Positions 1-12,157 of a DNA stretch of 64,000 nt are shown in pieces. Position 1 is the first letter of the stretch. The number at the start of each line of letters is the position of its first letter. Source of the DNA: Microthyrium microscopicum (lineage: Eukaryota); assembly GCA_010405405.1 (NCBI GenBank), contig MU004230.1, positions 2,328,627 to 2,392,626 of the forward strand, given 5' to 3'. Under the pieces are notes generated by a model. That model saw nothing but the letters and a program-made list of their open reading frames with translations, was not told the origin of the DNA and searched no databases. A program made the translations under genes and the position numbers.

Positions 1-1808
1 GTGCTCGCCACTTCACCGGAATCCTCAAAGCCGTATTGATACCAATGACTGCCTTCATCTGGGCTTTGCTAAGTCGAGCGGCTACACCAGTGCTGTGTGT
101 TTTTGATGATATCGATCCTGGAAAATGCGACGACGATTGGGTCCTTGTGATCCGAAAAGCTCTTTTAGCCACCATCGGCTGTACTGGGTTATATTTTATT
201 GAGAAGATTCTCATTCATTTGCTTACAGTCAACTATCGCAAGCGACAATTCAAAACCAGACTGGACGAAAGCAAGAGGATCATTCGAATTTTAGCACTCA
301 TGTATGAAGCTTCATTGAAGCTGTACCCCGGTTTTTGCGCTCGTTTCGTGGAGGAAGATCATAAAATCCACCGGACGCAGACACAGACAAGGATCCAGCT
401 GGCACGAGAAGAGAGATCGCGATTGCGCCAGAAAGTTAGCAAGTTTTACGGAGAAGAGGCAATGGCGGAAACCTTGAGTCGACTACAAGGAAAGGAAGTT
501 CTTAAGCCAGGATCACCACGCTCGGTTGTTCTTAGAGCATTAGAGACAGAGAAAGCCTCAGAGGCCCTGGCCCGTCGGCTATGGCTATCTTTCACCTTGG
601 AAAAGGATATGGTCACAGAAGCTGATATTGCACGAATCCTAGGACCAGATCGAGAAGACGATGCTCTTGACATTTTTCTCGAATTGGACAAGGACGAAAA
701 TGGCGATATCAGTATGGAAGAAATGATACTGCTCGTGACACAGTTCAGTCAAAACAGGCATAGTATCGAGCAGAGCATGCATGATATTGGCCAAGCCGTA
801 AAGAGCTTGGATAGAATACTGGAAGTTGTTCTTCTGTTCTTGTCGACCCTGATTTATGGTAGGTCATAATATATCTGCTCGAACCTAGGTTACTAACTTC
901 AACAGTTGCTGTATTTGATGCCAGAGGTTTCACTAGCTTAACCACCGTTTGGACTAGCATTGCAGCAGCTTCATTCGCCATTGCCGGAACAGTACAGGAG
1001 TTTCTAGGTTCGCTCGTCTTCATATTCATCAAGCATCCATATGATGTTGGCGATCGCGTGGATATCAATAAAGAACAGCTTATTGTAGAGCACATTTCCC
1101 TGCTTTTCACAATCTTCCGTCAGATTGATACTGGCGGAACGGTTCAAATACCAAACATTGTCAACAATACGCAATTGATAAGGAATATATCGCGAAGCCG
1201 GGCCATGATGGAGCGGTACGATTTTGCCATAAGTCCAAAGACCAAGTTCTTCCAGATTGAGAACTTGAAAAGTGAACTCCAAGTAAGTTATAAACTTTCA
1301 AGCCAGAACCCTTCCCTAATTTCGAACTAGAAATTCGTTCTTGAGCCACAAAATAAGCGGGACTATCAATCAAAGATTGATATAGAAGTAATGTCCATTG
1401 GAAACATGGAAAAATTGTGTCTGCGTGTTGAAATATGCATGAAGGTAACGTTATCTGTCCATAATCTGTTTAATTGTTAAATTCTTTTTATAGTCAAACT
1501 TTGCGAACGAGACTCTTTATGCCATGCGACGCTCCAAGTTCATGTGTGCTCTCTTTGCCGCAATGAAGAAACATTCAATCAGCAAACCTTGGGGAGGCAA
1601 ACCACCCGATGCTGGATCTTGGGAGAATCCAGCTTACACCGTCACTTTAACGGACACTGAAGCAAAGGAAGCTCGTGAGGGCTGGGAAGAGCGAGAGGAG
1701 AAAGACCGTGCAAAGAAATTGGAGAAATTATGGTGGGATGGCCTTGCTAAAGAAAAATCAAAAGAAAATAAACCAGTGAAGGACAAACCAACAGAGGAGA
1801 AGCTATGA
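1..1808 (+). CDS. MscS-family mechanosensitive ion channel with EF-hand (Msy1/Msy2-like), 5'-truncated by window edge
   Basis: EF-hand DKDENGDISMEE; MscS core FIFIKHPYDVGDRVDI...VQIPN after splicing. Introns ~859-905, 1283-1330, 1445-1493; stop TGA at 1808. Confidence 0.9.
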
Positions 1809-1887
1809 GGGCGGGTCTACAAGAATTAAGATTTTTGAGCCACCAAAGTAATGCTTCGGTGGAACTTCCTACCAAGATAGCTTTACT

Positions 1888-3339
1888 CTAGTTTTTATCT
1901 CCAGAATCATACACCAAAGATCTTCGACCTTCCATTCCCTTTTCAAGAGTCGCTTTAACCATCTCAACAACTTTCTTGGACTGGAAAGCGACCCCTAGTT
2001 CCTGGCTCGTGAACCAGCTTGCTCTGTCCATATTTTGGCTTCCCAACACCACGATAGCATCATCGAATATAGTACATTTAATATGTGATTGTGACGGTTC
2101 TCCAGAGATTTGATCCTCGCGCTTCTTGAAATACCAGATTTGAAGTCGACCAACTGGTGTGCCCGATTCGGGATCCTGGGGAAGAGCAAGAAGGCGCTTG
2201 TGCTGCTTAGTCAACCAATTCACGCAACGAGAGGTTGTAGTTCCAGCCGTGACCAGTTGCTCGAGTATCATAAGTCTGGCGGATGTAGTGATGGAGACGT
2301 TGACACCGTTTTGTAGAGCAGACATTAGTTCATGGAGGACTGTAAATGAAGTCACATTTGGTGTTTGTATGTATATTGACTTTTGTGCCAATTGAATTTG
2401 CGATTGGAGAAAAGCATTCAGAGGGGTTGGAGGAGGGTCTTGATAGGCGGTATTTGGCCAGAAAGGGAGACATAAAGCACTGGCATGATGAGGTGAGGGT
2501 AGAAATGTTGCCTCAACATCCTCGCCCTGATCCCAATTTGGCGAATTCGTAGCTAAGAGAGAGATAGACGTGGTGAATGCAAAGCCTGGTGCTGTGGATG
2601 TCTCAATCTCTGGCCAAGGTGCCTGGCCTTGGAGCCAAAAGTCCTTCCACAGCTCCACAAAATGGTCTACGATGGGACCACTTGTAACGATCGCTCCCTC
2701 AAACCATTCTTCCCAGGAAACATTGCAACTGGGGAGCCAAGCAAGCTTCCGATCAACAATCACGAACTTCGGGTGCATGACACTAAAGGGCTTAACAAAG
2801 ACACTTTTGATGGTGATATCAAGACCAGGAAGCCGAGCTGCGGTCGGCAAATCAAGCTCACTAGACCATTCTGTTGATGAATATAATTTGCCACCTAGTG
2901 AGGAGGTCTGGAAGAGCTTTTGAAGCAGAGAGAGCGACGAGAATCCAATAAAGACCTTGACTGGTGGTCTTCCACTCTTCTGCGTTTTGTCAGATAATCT
3001 TTGTAGAGATTGAGCTAACAGTTCCAAGGAAGGTGATTTGGCCCAGAAGCAAGTGATCAAGATGAGTTCCTTTTCTGCTGATTCTATAGATGCTTGAAGC
3101 TGTTCAAATATCGCAACTCCAGGGCCTGTCATAAACGCATGTACGCGGGCAGTACTCTGGAGGCCCTCCAAGTCGTGTGCATAGTAGTTTGGACTATCTT
3201 TCGAAAATGAAGCAGCCTGTTTTCGAAGGCGCAGGATCCATAAGTGCTCGAGATCCCAAGGATTGCCTGGAGTTGGACGTAAAGCGTCAGATGGGGTGTG
3301 AAGACGGTCTGGTAGCCCTCGACTGAATAGATGTGCCAT
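1888..3339 (-). CDS. Phospholipase D/nuclease superfamily protein (two HKD motifs)
   Basis: Intronless 483-aa ORF with HPKFVIVD and HIKCTIFD...GSQNMD motifs. Confidence 0.88.
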   Translation of the reverse strand: MAHLFSRGLPDRLHTPSDALRPTPGNPWDLEHLWILRLRKQAASFSKDSPNYYAHDLEGLQSTARVHAFMTGPGVAIFEQLQASIESAEKELILITCFWAKSPSLELLAQSLQRLSDKTQKSGRPPVKVFIGFSSLSLLQKLFQTSSLGGKLYSSTEWSSELDLPTAARLPGLDITIKSVFVKPFSVMHPKFVIVDRKLAWLPSCNVSWEEWFEGAIVTSGPIVDHFVELWKDFWLQGQAPWPEIETSTAPGFAFTTSISLLATNSPNWDQGEDVEATFLPSPHHASALCLPFWPNTAYQDPPPTPLNAFLQSQIQLAQKSIYIQTPNVTSFTVLHELMSALQNGVNVSITTSARLMILEQLVTAGTTTSRCVNWLTKQHKRLLALPQDPESGTPVGRLQIWYFKKREDQISGEPSQSHIKCTIFDDAIVVLGSQNMDRASWFTSQELGVAFQSKKVVEMVKATLEKGMEGRRSLVYDSGDKN

Positions 3340-3847
3340 GTCTCAGCGGTTTGACAACCCGCTACTGATCCCACATGGCAGAGAGAACTAGCGTCGCATC
3401 TCGAAAAGATTGGATCTGCTGGACGAGACAAAAGGAAGATGAACTTAGTTGGCTGTAAAGCAGGAACATTGAAGGAACTACTGTACACGTGAGGGCTCTT
3501 TCAAAGGTTCGACTCGGCTAAACATTCCTGTTTTGGGCACGTTTACTGAAGGAACCAACCAGACCCAACGTGGCGCGCCTTCTGCCATCGACGACATCTA
3601 CCTCTTGCCGTCTACCAAGTTTCGTTCTCAAGTATTTCATCCTCAAAGACCCTTCAGTCCTTACTGGTTTTTCGATGCGATGGTATTGTAAGGTCTCTTA
3701 TTTGGTGGCTTTAGTGGGAGTCATTGGCAATTGCCATCGATACTGATAGCGTACTAGTCATCTTGCCCAACACGTTGACGAAGACATATCTAATGCTCTG
3801 ATGGATTGCCTTCTATGTTAGCTTTCCTACTGCAGTTTCCTGAATCG

Positions 3848-4894
3848 TTAAGCAACCTTCCCTTGGATGGTCTCAATCCAGTTGAGCAGTGCTTCTGCTG
3901 TCTCCTCTGCAGCTTCCTCTGCGACGAAGTGACCAACACCGTCTTGTATTGCGATTTCAGTGATCAAGCTTTGATCCTTCACCCAATCAATCCATGCGTC
4001 GAGAACCTTCACGTTTGCTTTAGCTCCCAAATACTCCTTTCCGTAAAGCAAAAGTACCGGTGCGTCAATTAGACGTCTATTATCCTGGTCTTCGCCCTGT
4101 GCAGTAACATCCAAGCTCGCTCCAGCCTTATAGTCCTCACAGCTCGCCCGCAAGACCGACTTCTTGTCGAAGAACGAGCCATACACATCCATCGCATCAC
4201 CGCTCTTCAGCTTATCTAGCCTCTTCTCATTAGATCCTGCCCATCGCATGATCAGCTTCTGAGCCCATTTTCCACCGCCGTATGCTTGCAACATCTCCAT
4301 GGCAAGCTCCACGTTCGCCAGAAACGCCCAGTGAAAGCTGCCCACCTGAACTGCAGCTTCGGAACCAAGGGACCACATGAGTTTGGTTGGCAGGATATCG
4401 AGGAGTGCGATGCCAATGATATTGAGGTTCAACTCTTTGAGTTGAGGCTCGCCGGCACTGCTAGACACTTGCAAGCGATGTGCGATTCTGGCGCCTCGGT
4501 CATGTCCAATGAGAATGAGCGGGACTATTTGATTTCCAGGAAGGATAGAGCGTAGAGCTTCCAGTATTGTGATTCCGAAATCGAGCTTTGTATGCTGCTC
4601 TGACATGGCTTTTGATTGACCATATCCGGGCAAGTCTGGGCAGAAGAGCGGGATTTCTGCTGGTAGAAGAGGAATCATGAGGCGCCATCTGCGCAGTATC
4701 AGTTGAAAGTTCTTTAAAGAATACAAGAATATTCACTCATAGGCGCTCTGCGGGTAGCCATGGATGAGGACTAGAAGAGGATTCGTAGAGCTGATTTTGT
4801 CAAGATTTCGATGGTAAGCATTTATTCCTCCAACTTGAGAAACTGTTTTGCTCAAGCCGAGCTGCTCATATTTTGCATCTTGAATTTCTGCCAT
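3848..4894 (-). CDS. Alpha/beta hydrolase, haloacetate dehalogenase/epoxide hydrolase-like
   Basis: ATG at 4894, intron ~4689-4736. Spliced product has HGYPQS..W, PDLPGYG, nucleophile motif GHDRGAR and catalytic His in GHFVAEE. Confidence 0.88.
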
Positions 4895-5157
4895 GGTGGT
4901 TGTTTGATTGAGCGAAATGATGCGTCTTCGACCTCCAATATATATCCGAAACCCTTCCGTGATCGCCGCAGAACCAGGACACTGTGACTCTTTCCTTTCA
5001 ACAACTTCTATTGTCGTAGGCCAAGCCTCGGCTGTGTTTTATCACCGGATTTTTTCTTCAATCGAAGTTCTTGCAATCATAATATCTTATGTCACCATCC
5101 TTCCCAGGCTAATTGTCGTTACTTGAGCGCGCAATAGCGTCCACCACTGGGCTCAAA

Positions 5158-6859
5158 ATGCCAAAAGAAACGGTCGCGGAAGCTTACGTTCAAGACCTGG
5201 ACTTCAAAGGCTTTATACAAGGACTCACAATCAAAGACAAGAATTCAGGAAAGCCATTGTGCAGATATTTTGGTGGCATCCCATACGCCCAGCCACCGAC
5301 TGGAGAACATCGATGGCAAAAACCGCGAGAACTTGCTCCATGTTATCGATATGGCACTCGAGCTGATCCGGCACCATTCGCTGGGAAATCAAGCGTATGC
5401 CCACAATTGGCGAAGAAGATAGCTGCGTTCGACGAGAATTGCTTGCAATGCAATGTGTGGGTACCCAGTGGTGAGCAACCACCACAAGGATGGCCGGTTT
5501 ACTTTTACATCCGTAAGGTTTCACATCGCATTTGAGACAATCATCCTGACCTTTGATAGACGGTGGGTTTCTTCAGATGGGTAACGTAAATTCGGGGAAT
5601 CCGACAGCTTTCATCTCAGAAATATCGAAATGTATCGTGGTCAAGCCTGCGTATCGTCTGAATGTCTTTGGCTTTCTCGCATCAACAAAAATAACATTCG
5701 ATCAGTCAACTAGCCAGGGCGGCGTTGGCAATTTTGGCTTCTGGGACATACGACTTGCCTTGGAATGGACCTTCAAGAACATCAGCTACTTTGGTGGAAA
5801 TCCAGCCAATATCACTGTCGGAGGTTATTCTGCTGGTGCACATGCAGCGTTTTATCAATTGGCCTATGATTTGTATCAGCCAAGTGAGAAAAGATTGATC
5901 CGTCGGTTGATCATGCACAGGTATGGACTTCTATTCCAAGTCTTGGGACCAAGCAAGTTTAACACGAGGGTAGTAATGGCCCAGGACTACCTCCAAGAGG
6001 CCTAGAAGAAACCCAGGCGCAGTTCGGCGAGTTGCTGCAAGTGCTTCAGATCCCAGCAAACGCAAACGACAAGATGCAAGCGTTGAGACAGAAAAGTCCG
6101 GAAGAGTTACTTGAAGCTAACAAGAAGATGCAACTTCACCAATTCCGTGCTGTATCAGACGGTGATTTTGTGCGACACACGCTCTTCTCCGATATAGAAG
6201 ACGGGACGTTTGCTCGACGTATGCAAGAGGGAAATATCCAGTTACTGATAGGCGAGTGCTCTGATGAGCACTTTTCATATCGGAGATACCGGCCTCCTCA
6301 AGGCTCGTACGATACCATTATGTCTCGGCTACAGGCAGATTATCCAAGAATAGCAGTTGCAGCAGCGATGAGACACTACTTCCCAGAAAAGCAACTGCCG
6401 CCTAGATGGAAGACCTGGTCGGAAGCATTCGGATGGCTCTATGCATATATGCAGATCCACGTCTCCGAGCGAGGGTTTATCGATAGCCTTGCCAGAGGAG
6501 GCGCAGCCCATTTAATCCATCGATATCGGATTGAGTGGAGAGCTGAATGCGCTGATTTGAACTATCCCAAAGAAGGAGCAAGTCATGGGGCTGATAATTA
6601 TTTGTGGTGGTTTGGTGATGGGCTGGATCTCACTCCACAGGAGCAAGTGGTTGCCAAATCGGCCTTTTTGAACGATATGTCGAGTTTCATCAACAGCGGA
6701 AAGATAAATTGGGGTTCTGCTGGCGTTCGTCAAGTTCGAAGGCTGAAGGCCAATGGGCAAGTGGATTTGATAGACGACGAGTTCTGGGATGAAGCGGTTG
6801 AAAGTTGGAGAGGTATAATGACCGCAGCATTGACTGCGCGCGGCAAGTCAAGGCTATAG
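5158..6859 (+). CDS. Type-B carboxylesterase (COesterase family)
   Basis: GGIPYAQPP, DENCL, HGGF (across intron 5513-5559), GYSAG nucleophile, SHGAD His. Second intron ~5920-5973. Confidence 0.92.
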
Positions 6860-8411
6860 ACCGCGAGTGTAATCGAATATTGTAATCAAGAAGCACCTTC
6901 TTAATTATGATCAAATCGAAGTCTAGAGAAGCGGACGTAAAGAAACTGGATTCGATGGGAGCACGCCACCCATCTTGTCCACTCACCAAGCAAATGAAGC
7001 AAGAAACTTCAATACCTTTTCGACATTCTGATAATTTGAGCCTAGAGTATCTCTTTTAACTAGTGGCTTCCAAAGGCGGTCAGCTCTGGCGTTGCTATCC
7101 GTATTAAGAAGAGCTGTCCACGGGTATCTTGATATACAGGAAAGAAGTTTCACTGCCTCAGAAGGCATGCGCCAGGGTATCCTATATTGAGTTTTCGCAC
7201 ATCGCGTGTGCGATACCATCACGTATTCCCTCCAGTGTTTCTGATGCCCTCCAGTGTTGCCTTTTACTTCTTCCACATCACCGCCGACACGCTGAGTCTC
7301 AATCTTCGCCAGTTGGATGCGATACACCAAGCTGCTGTGGTCATAACGGCTGCGATAACACAGGCATTGCTCCCAGATATACCATCAGGTGGATATATTT
7401 ACAAGCACACCATTGAATCCTTGCTCTTTTTCTCGATTACAATGTGCTCCTAGAATCAGAGATCTGAAGTCTGCCTCTAAGGTAGTAGGCTTCTGCCTAA
7501 GCCTCATGATGGCGCATTCGGGTCAAGTCGGAAAGCTCGTCGTCAGTTGGCAAGAACGACCAGAGCACGATAGACGCATTGCTCTGGTCGCGTTGTATTA
7601 GCCTTGTTTCAGCGTCCTGCATGATCGGTATCTTATCCTTCGTGGATTTGGAGAGCTGGGAGGTTGCAGACAAAACACCAAATCATGGCCAAAGATCAGA
7701 TGACTGGAGATGATATGCGTGCCCAACTCGCCACTGCCAATTAAGGACGAGTCACAATTTTTCTAGGAGATACTTTCTTTCTCGATCCCAGCTCTTCTAT
7801 CTCCCGACTTGCCCATCTCCCAACTTCAGCAGCTCCCTTTTCAGCTCAGATCAACCAACACCAACTCGGAAGGATCTACTGCTGCGTCCTATTGTCCATC
7901 GTCACAATACGCTCGCACCTCAATTTACACCTCGTCTCAAACACAATCAACTTTGCGCTGCGAAACCGTCATGATTGTGGGACTGCTGAGCAGTCAAGGT
8001 TTCGCGAATCTATCATTGCCGTATTGTCTACTGAGCGCTCCCGGTCCCATTCACGTCTTATCCAACTGCTTGTCTCCCAGATGATTCGTGGTGGCGGAGC
8101 TCATTGAGGTCTATTCAGGTCAATCATTTTCAGGTGAGTGCTGTCAACACAATTTTCAATAGCCGGATGGTTATTGTGTCCAGGCTATTCGACATGTTAT
8201 CGCGAACGTAAAGCCGACCAGAATCGTTGCTGATCCTGCTTTCACTTCCAGAACTTCACCTTCGATCAGATCTTCGACATTTTCAGCGTCTCCGAGGTGC
8301 TCACGCCATATTCACCTGGATTTCCATTTCTGCTCTTCATCCTTCTAAGGTATGTTGCTCCTGTCTGGTAGTGATGTTGAACTAAAGGTGATGATTAGCA
8401 ACTAGTCAAAT

Positions 8412-9217
8412 ATGGGCAAGATCGCGGTGGATTGCTCCAATACTTCGAGCTCCAAAGTTTCCAAATCTTCGAAACCCAAGGCGCTCAAGACGAACAACCC
8501 AGGTAGAATCTCCAAAGGCTCTGCCAATCGCGCCATGACCGACAATGCCGGTGCTCTGCACCTGCTCGCAGATGCGGCGCTCGCAGACGCTGCTTCCAAT
8601 GAGTTTGCCGTTCGCCAGTACCTTCTGCAACAATATCAAAAGAACGGCCGATTCGATCAACAAGACATCACCAACAACCTGCCAGAGCCCAAAGGAGACG
8701 CTGTTTCAGCGCTCGATGCTCTCTGTATTGTCGCAGATGTGATCTTGACCATTGAGGGCAACAACAATCAGCCAGCCAAAGTCCTCACTCCATACCGCAC
8801 TGGAGGAAAATGGTCGGAGTTTGAGTACTCATGCCTTATCCAGGAGGTGAGATTTCAATGTCCAATCTGTCCTACAATGCGCTAATCCATTAGTTCGCCC
8901 TACTACAGCATGCATGGGCTGATCATAGACGAGGTGAAGGGGAGCGACCCTACAAGACTGGAACGCTCTTCGCATACGTGTCGAAGCAACTCAACGACAA
9001 GTATGGAATCGATCGCAGCAAGGCTTCGGTCAAAAACGAGTGGTATCGCAAGTTGCGCCAGCGCACAGGTATTGACGAACGCGCGGATTTCCGCGAGCCT
9101 TCCAGACGCCAGGATTATCTGGGCGCTGAGTTGGCTGTCTCTCTTGGAAACAAGAGTTCTCCTTCCAAGGGAACGCAGGGATCGAAGAGGAGAAAGGCAC
9201 CAGTGAAGTCCAGATAG
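8412..9217 (+). CDS. Hypothetical protein with C-terminal Myb/SANT-like region
   Basis: Intron 8847-8893 joins KWSEFEYSCLIQE to ...FAYVSKQLNDKYGIDRSKASVKNEWYRKLR, giving the spaced aromatic pattern of Myb-like folds. Basic NLS-like tail KRRK. Confidence 0.6.
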
Positions 9218-9293
9218 ATTGTTGAAGATGATGATTCACATGTTATATATACCCTGTACTTTCAATGTTATATTCCTCGAGGCTGTTCCAATA

Positions 9294-9463
9294 CCTTGCT
9301 CTTTTCAATGCCTTGCTCTTTTCAATGCCTTGCTCTTTTCAATGCTTTGCTCTTTTCAATGCCTTGCTCTTTTCAATGCCTTGCTCTTTTCAATGCCTTG
9401 CTCTTTTCAATGCCTTGCTCTTTTCAATGCCTTGCTCTTTTCAATGCCTTGCTCTTTTCAATG
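9294..9463. repeat. 17-bp minisatellite (CCTTGCTCTTTTCAATG) x10
   Basis: Ten tandem copies counted directly, one with a single C>T variant, followed by two degenerate copies. Confidence 0.97.
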
Positions 9464-9911
9464 CCTTCTGCCTTTTAAAGCCTCGCTCTTTTGAAGCATA
9501 TCGATACCAAGCAAAGCATATCGTCTTCAAGATTGTGCTGATATTTATAGCATTCTGATGGGATTGGTGAATATACCGATGATGTCAAAAGTCTTTCCAT
9601 CCGAGATGAAGTTGAGAAAGGAAAGCAGGAATCGTTCCAATGAAAGCGCATTTGAACCAAAGCTTCAGGCGTCTAAGGTTTAGCCGATTACACGCCGCTA
9701 GCCGCCGAAATATATGCGTTTGTCCCGCCATAATGATTGGCTTGGGTATCTGCAAATTTAGGTGTGATTTCGCGCACATAAGTTGAATGTATGGGCTGCT
9801 ATCTCTGACCCGCATTAAACTTGTTCAATCATTTTCACAAACCCATTAAAGCTGCGAACAAACCTCAAACTTATTCACCTTTACATTCACTTTCACCAGC
9901 CGGCTGCAAAC

Positions 9912-11660
9912 ATGTCGGAGAGCACAAGCTCTGAGAGCGACCACCAGGAAGATGAATGGCAAGATCTAGAGGAGGATCGAGAGGATGTGCAAGTGGTCAG
10001 CCTTTTCGACAACAAAGTCTTCATGGATGTCCCGTCTATGCTCGACTATTGCAAGAAAACCTACAATTTTGATTTTGCGGCTGCCCAGAAAATTCTAGGT
10101 ACGAATCTTCTCTTCTTTATGCCATCGCTCACCATGTATTGCATCGATTTTGATTCGAAATGAAAACTAACATATCGCAGGTCTAGATTTCTATGGACGT
10201 ATAAAATTGGTCAACTATATCCGCTATGAAGTCAAAAATGGCAATCTGCAACCCGACATCTCTTCAGCAGACAACTTCTCTGATGACAAGTACCTCCAGC
10301 CAGCCCTGGAAGACGACGCTCTTCTATTTTACGCCGATGAATTAGAAGACGAGGAAATCGATGCCGCGATACCCTCCAAGGGAAAGGAAAATGCCCAACC
10401 GATTCCAGCACTTGATCCCGAAGCTCGTATAAAACAGCTTGAGGAGCAACTGGAGAAGGCTCAGTTCCAGTTTGCAGAATATCGCAAAGCGGCTCAAAAT
10501 TCTCTGGATAAACGATGGCAAGATTTGGATGGCGCAGATGATGGACCTGCCGACACAAGCAAGCAAGCCTCACAGCGAGACGAGGATTACTTTGACTCAT
10601 ACTCATACAATGGTAAGTTCATCCGATTTATCGGTTTGTTAGTTTCTGGCTGATGGATGTAGATATCCACGAGACTATGCTCAAGGATACCATTCGCACT
10701 GATGCCTATCGGGACTTCATTTACGAAAACAAGCATTTGTTCAAAGACAAGATTGTCCTAGATGTTGGCTGCGGTACTGGTATCCTGTCCATGTTCTGCG
10801 CGCGTGCTGGTGCAGCTCAGGTGTATGCTGTGGATAACTCCAATATCATTGAAAAAGCCAAGGAGAACATCGCAACCAACGGACTGTCCAAGCAAATTAC
10901 TTGCATTCGCGGTAAGATTGAGGAAATCAAGCTTCCTGTGGAGAAGGTCGATATCCTCGTGTCTGAATGGATGGGATATTGTTTGCTTTATGAAGCAATG
11001 CTCAATTCGGTCTTATGGGCTCGCGACAAATATCTTCAGCCAGACGGACTGATGGTGCCATCGCATTGCGTTTTGCACATTGCGCCGCTAATGGATCCTG
11101 ATTACGTGTCTGAGAACGTCGAGTTCTGGTATGATGTGTATGGCTTCGACATGTCAGCAATGATGGCTAAAATCTACGACGATGTGTTAATAAAGACAGT
11201 GAAGAAGACCAGCTTGGCAGGCAAATCATCGCCGTTCTTCACGCTGCCTCTCCACGATATCACAGTCGCAGATCTTACTTTCCGCAAAGACTTCTCCATG
11301 GAGATTGAAAACAACATTGAGAATCTAGATGGCTGGGTTCTTTGGTTCGACACCTTCTTCCTACCTTCGCGAACGGCAGCGCTTCCAGCTACGCCTCGAG
11401 CTGAAGAGTGGTCCGATCTCACGAAGCCCGGTGTTGCATTCACTACTGGCCCCAATGGCAAAGAGACTCATTGGCAGTCTGGCTTGATGCTGATTGACCG
11501 CAAAGTGCACCAGCCTAAGGCGCTGGGGCAGGGGAGCAAGATATCAGGAAGCATTGGATATATGGAGGCGGGTAGCAATAAACGAGGTCTCGAGGTGGAG
11601 GTAACCTGGCATGTGGAGGGAAGCAGTGAACATGGACAGCAGATTTGGTATGTCCAGTAG
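9912..11660 (+). CDS. rmt3: Protein arginine N-methyltransferase, PRMT3/Rmt3 type
   Basis: N-terminal zinc-finger-like region (VSLFD...YCKKTYNFDF), YFDSY, IHETMLKD, VLDVGCGTGILS, SEWMGY, THW loop. Introns 10099-10180 and 10613-10662. Confidence 0.93.
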
Positions 11661-12157
11661 ATGAAGAGGGCGCGATAGCCTTGCATGAGATGGTGTGGTT
11701 CACGGGTCTGCTTTTCGACTAGAATGCGTGGGGTGCATGAGATGTTGATGGGAACTATTGTCGGTAAAGCGGGGCTTGTGTTGTATTCAATCGGCTCGAG
11801 AGCAGCATGAGAGCTGAAAATGAAGACTAGTCAGGATAGCATGTATAATATCCTCATGGTTTTTGTATCATGCGATGGATGTAGGGGGAGTAGGAAAAAG
11901 TTGTTGAAAAGTGACAGGGAGTTGACGACATCGGATCCAGGCCGTGCGTTCCCCAGATTGGCATCAGATGCAGTGCATCATGCCAGGAGCTCCAAACTAC
12001 CAACACAATAATCTTCCACTCTACAAATTTTGACCTTCCTTCCGTTGCTCGTGAGGACATGCCATTGTCTCTGTTCCCTCTTCCTGCGACAATCGTTCCT
12101 AGATCATGTGTCTCGAAGCTTCGTAACAATAGTGGATAGCTGCCTGCGAGTACCGGA

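Noticed and set aside
6983..8107. Short ORFs on both strands between the esterase and the Myb-like gene
   Set aside because: No recognisable motifs or consistent gene model. The 3' part looks like the 5'UTR and introns of the 8412 gene.
9219..9558. Three overlapping repetitive hydrophobic ORFs, and a possible CRISPR-like array
   Set aside because: By-product of a stop-free 17-bp tandem repeat. There are no spacers and the context is eukaryotic.
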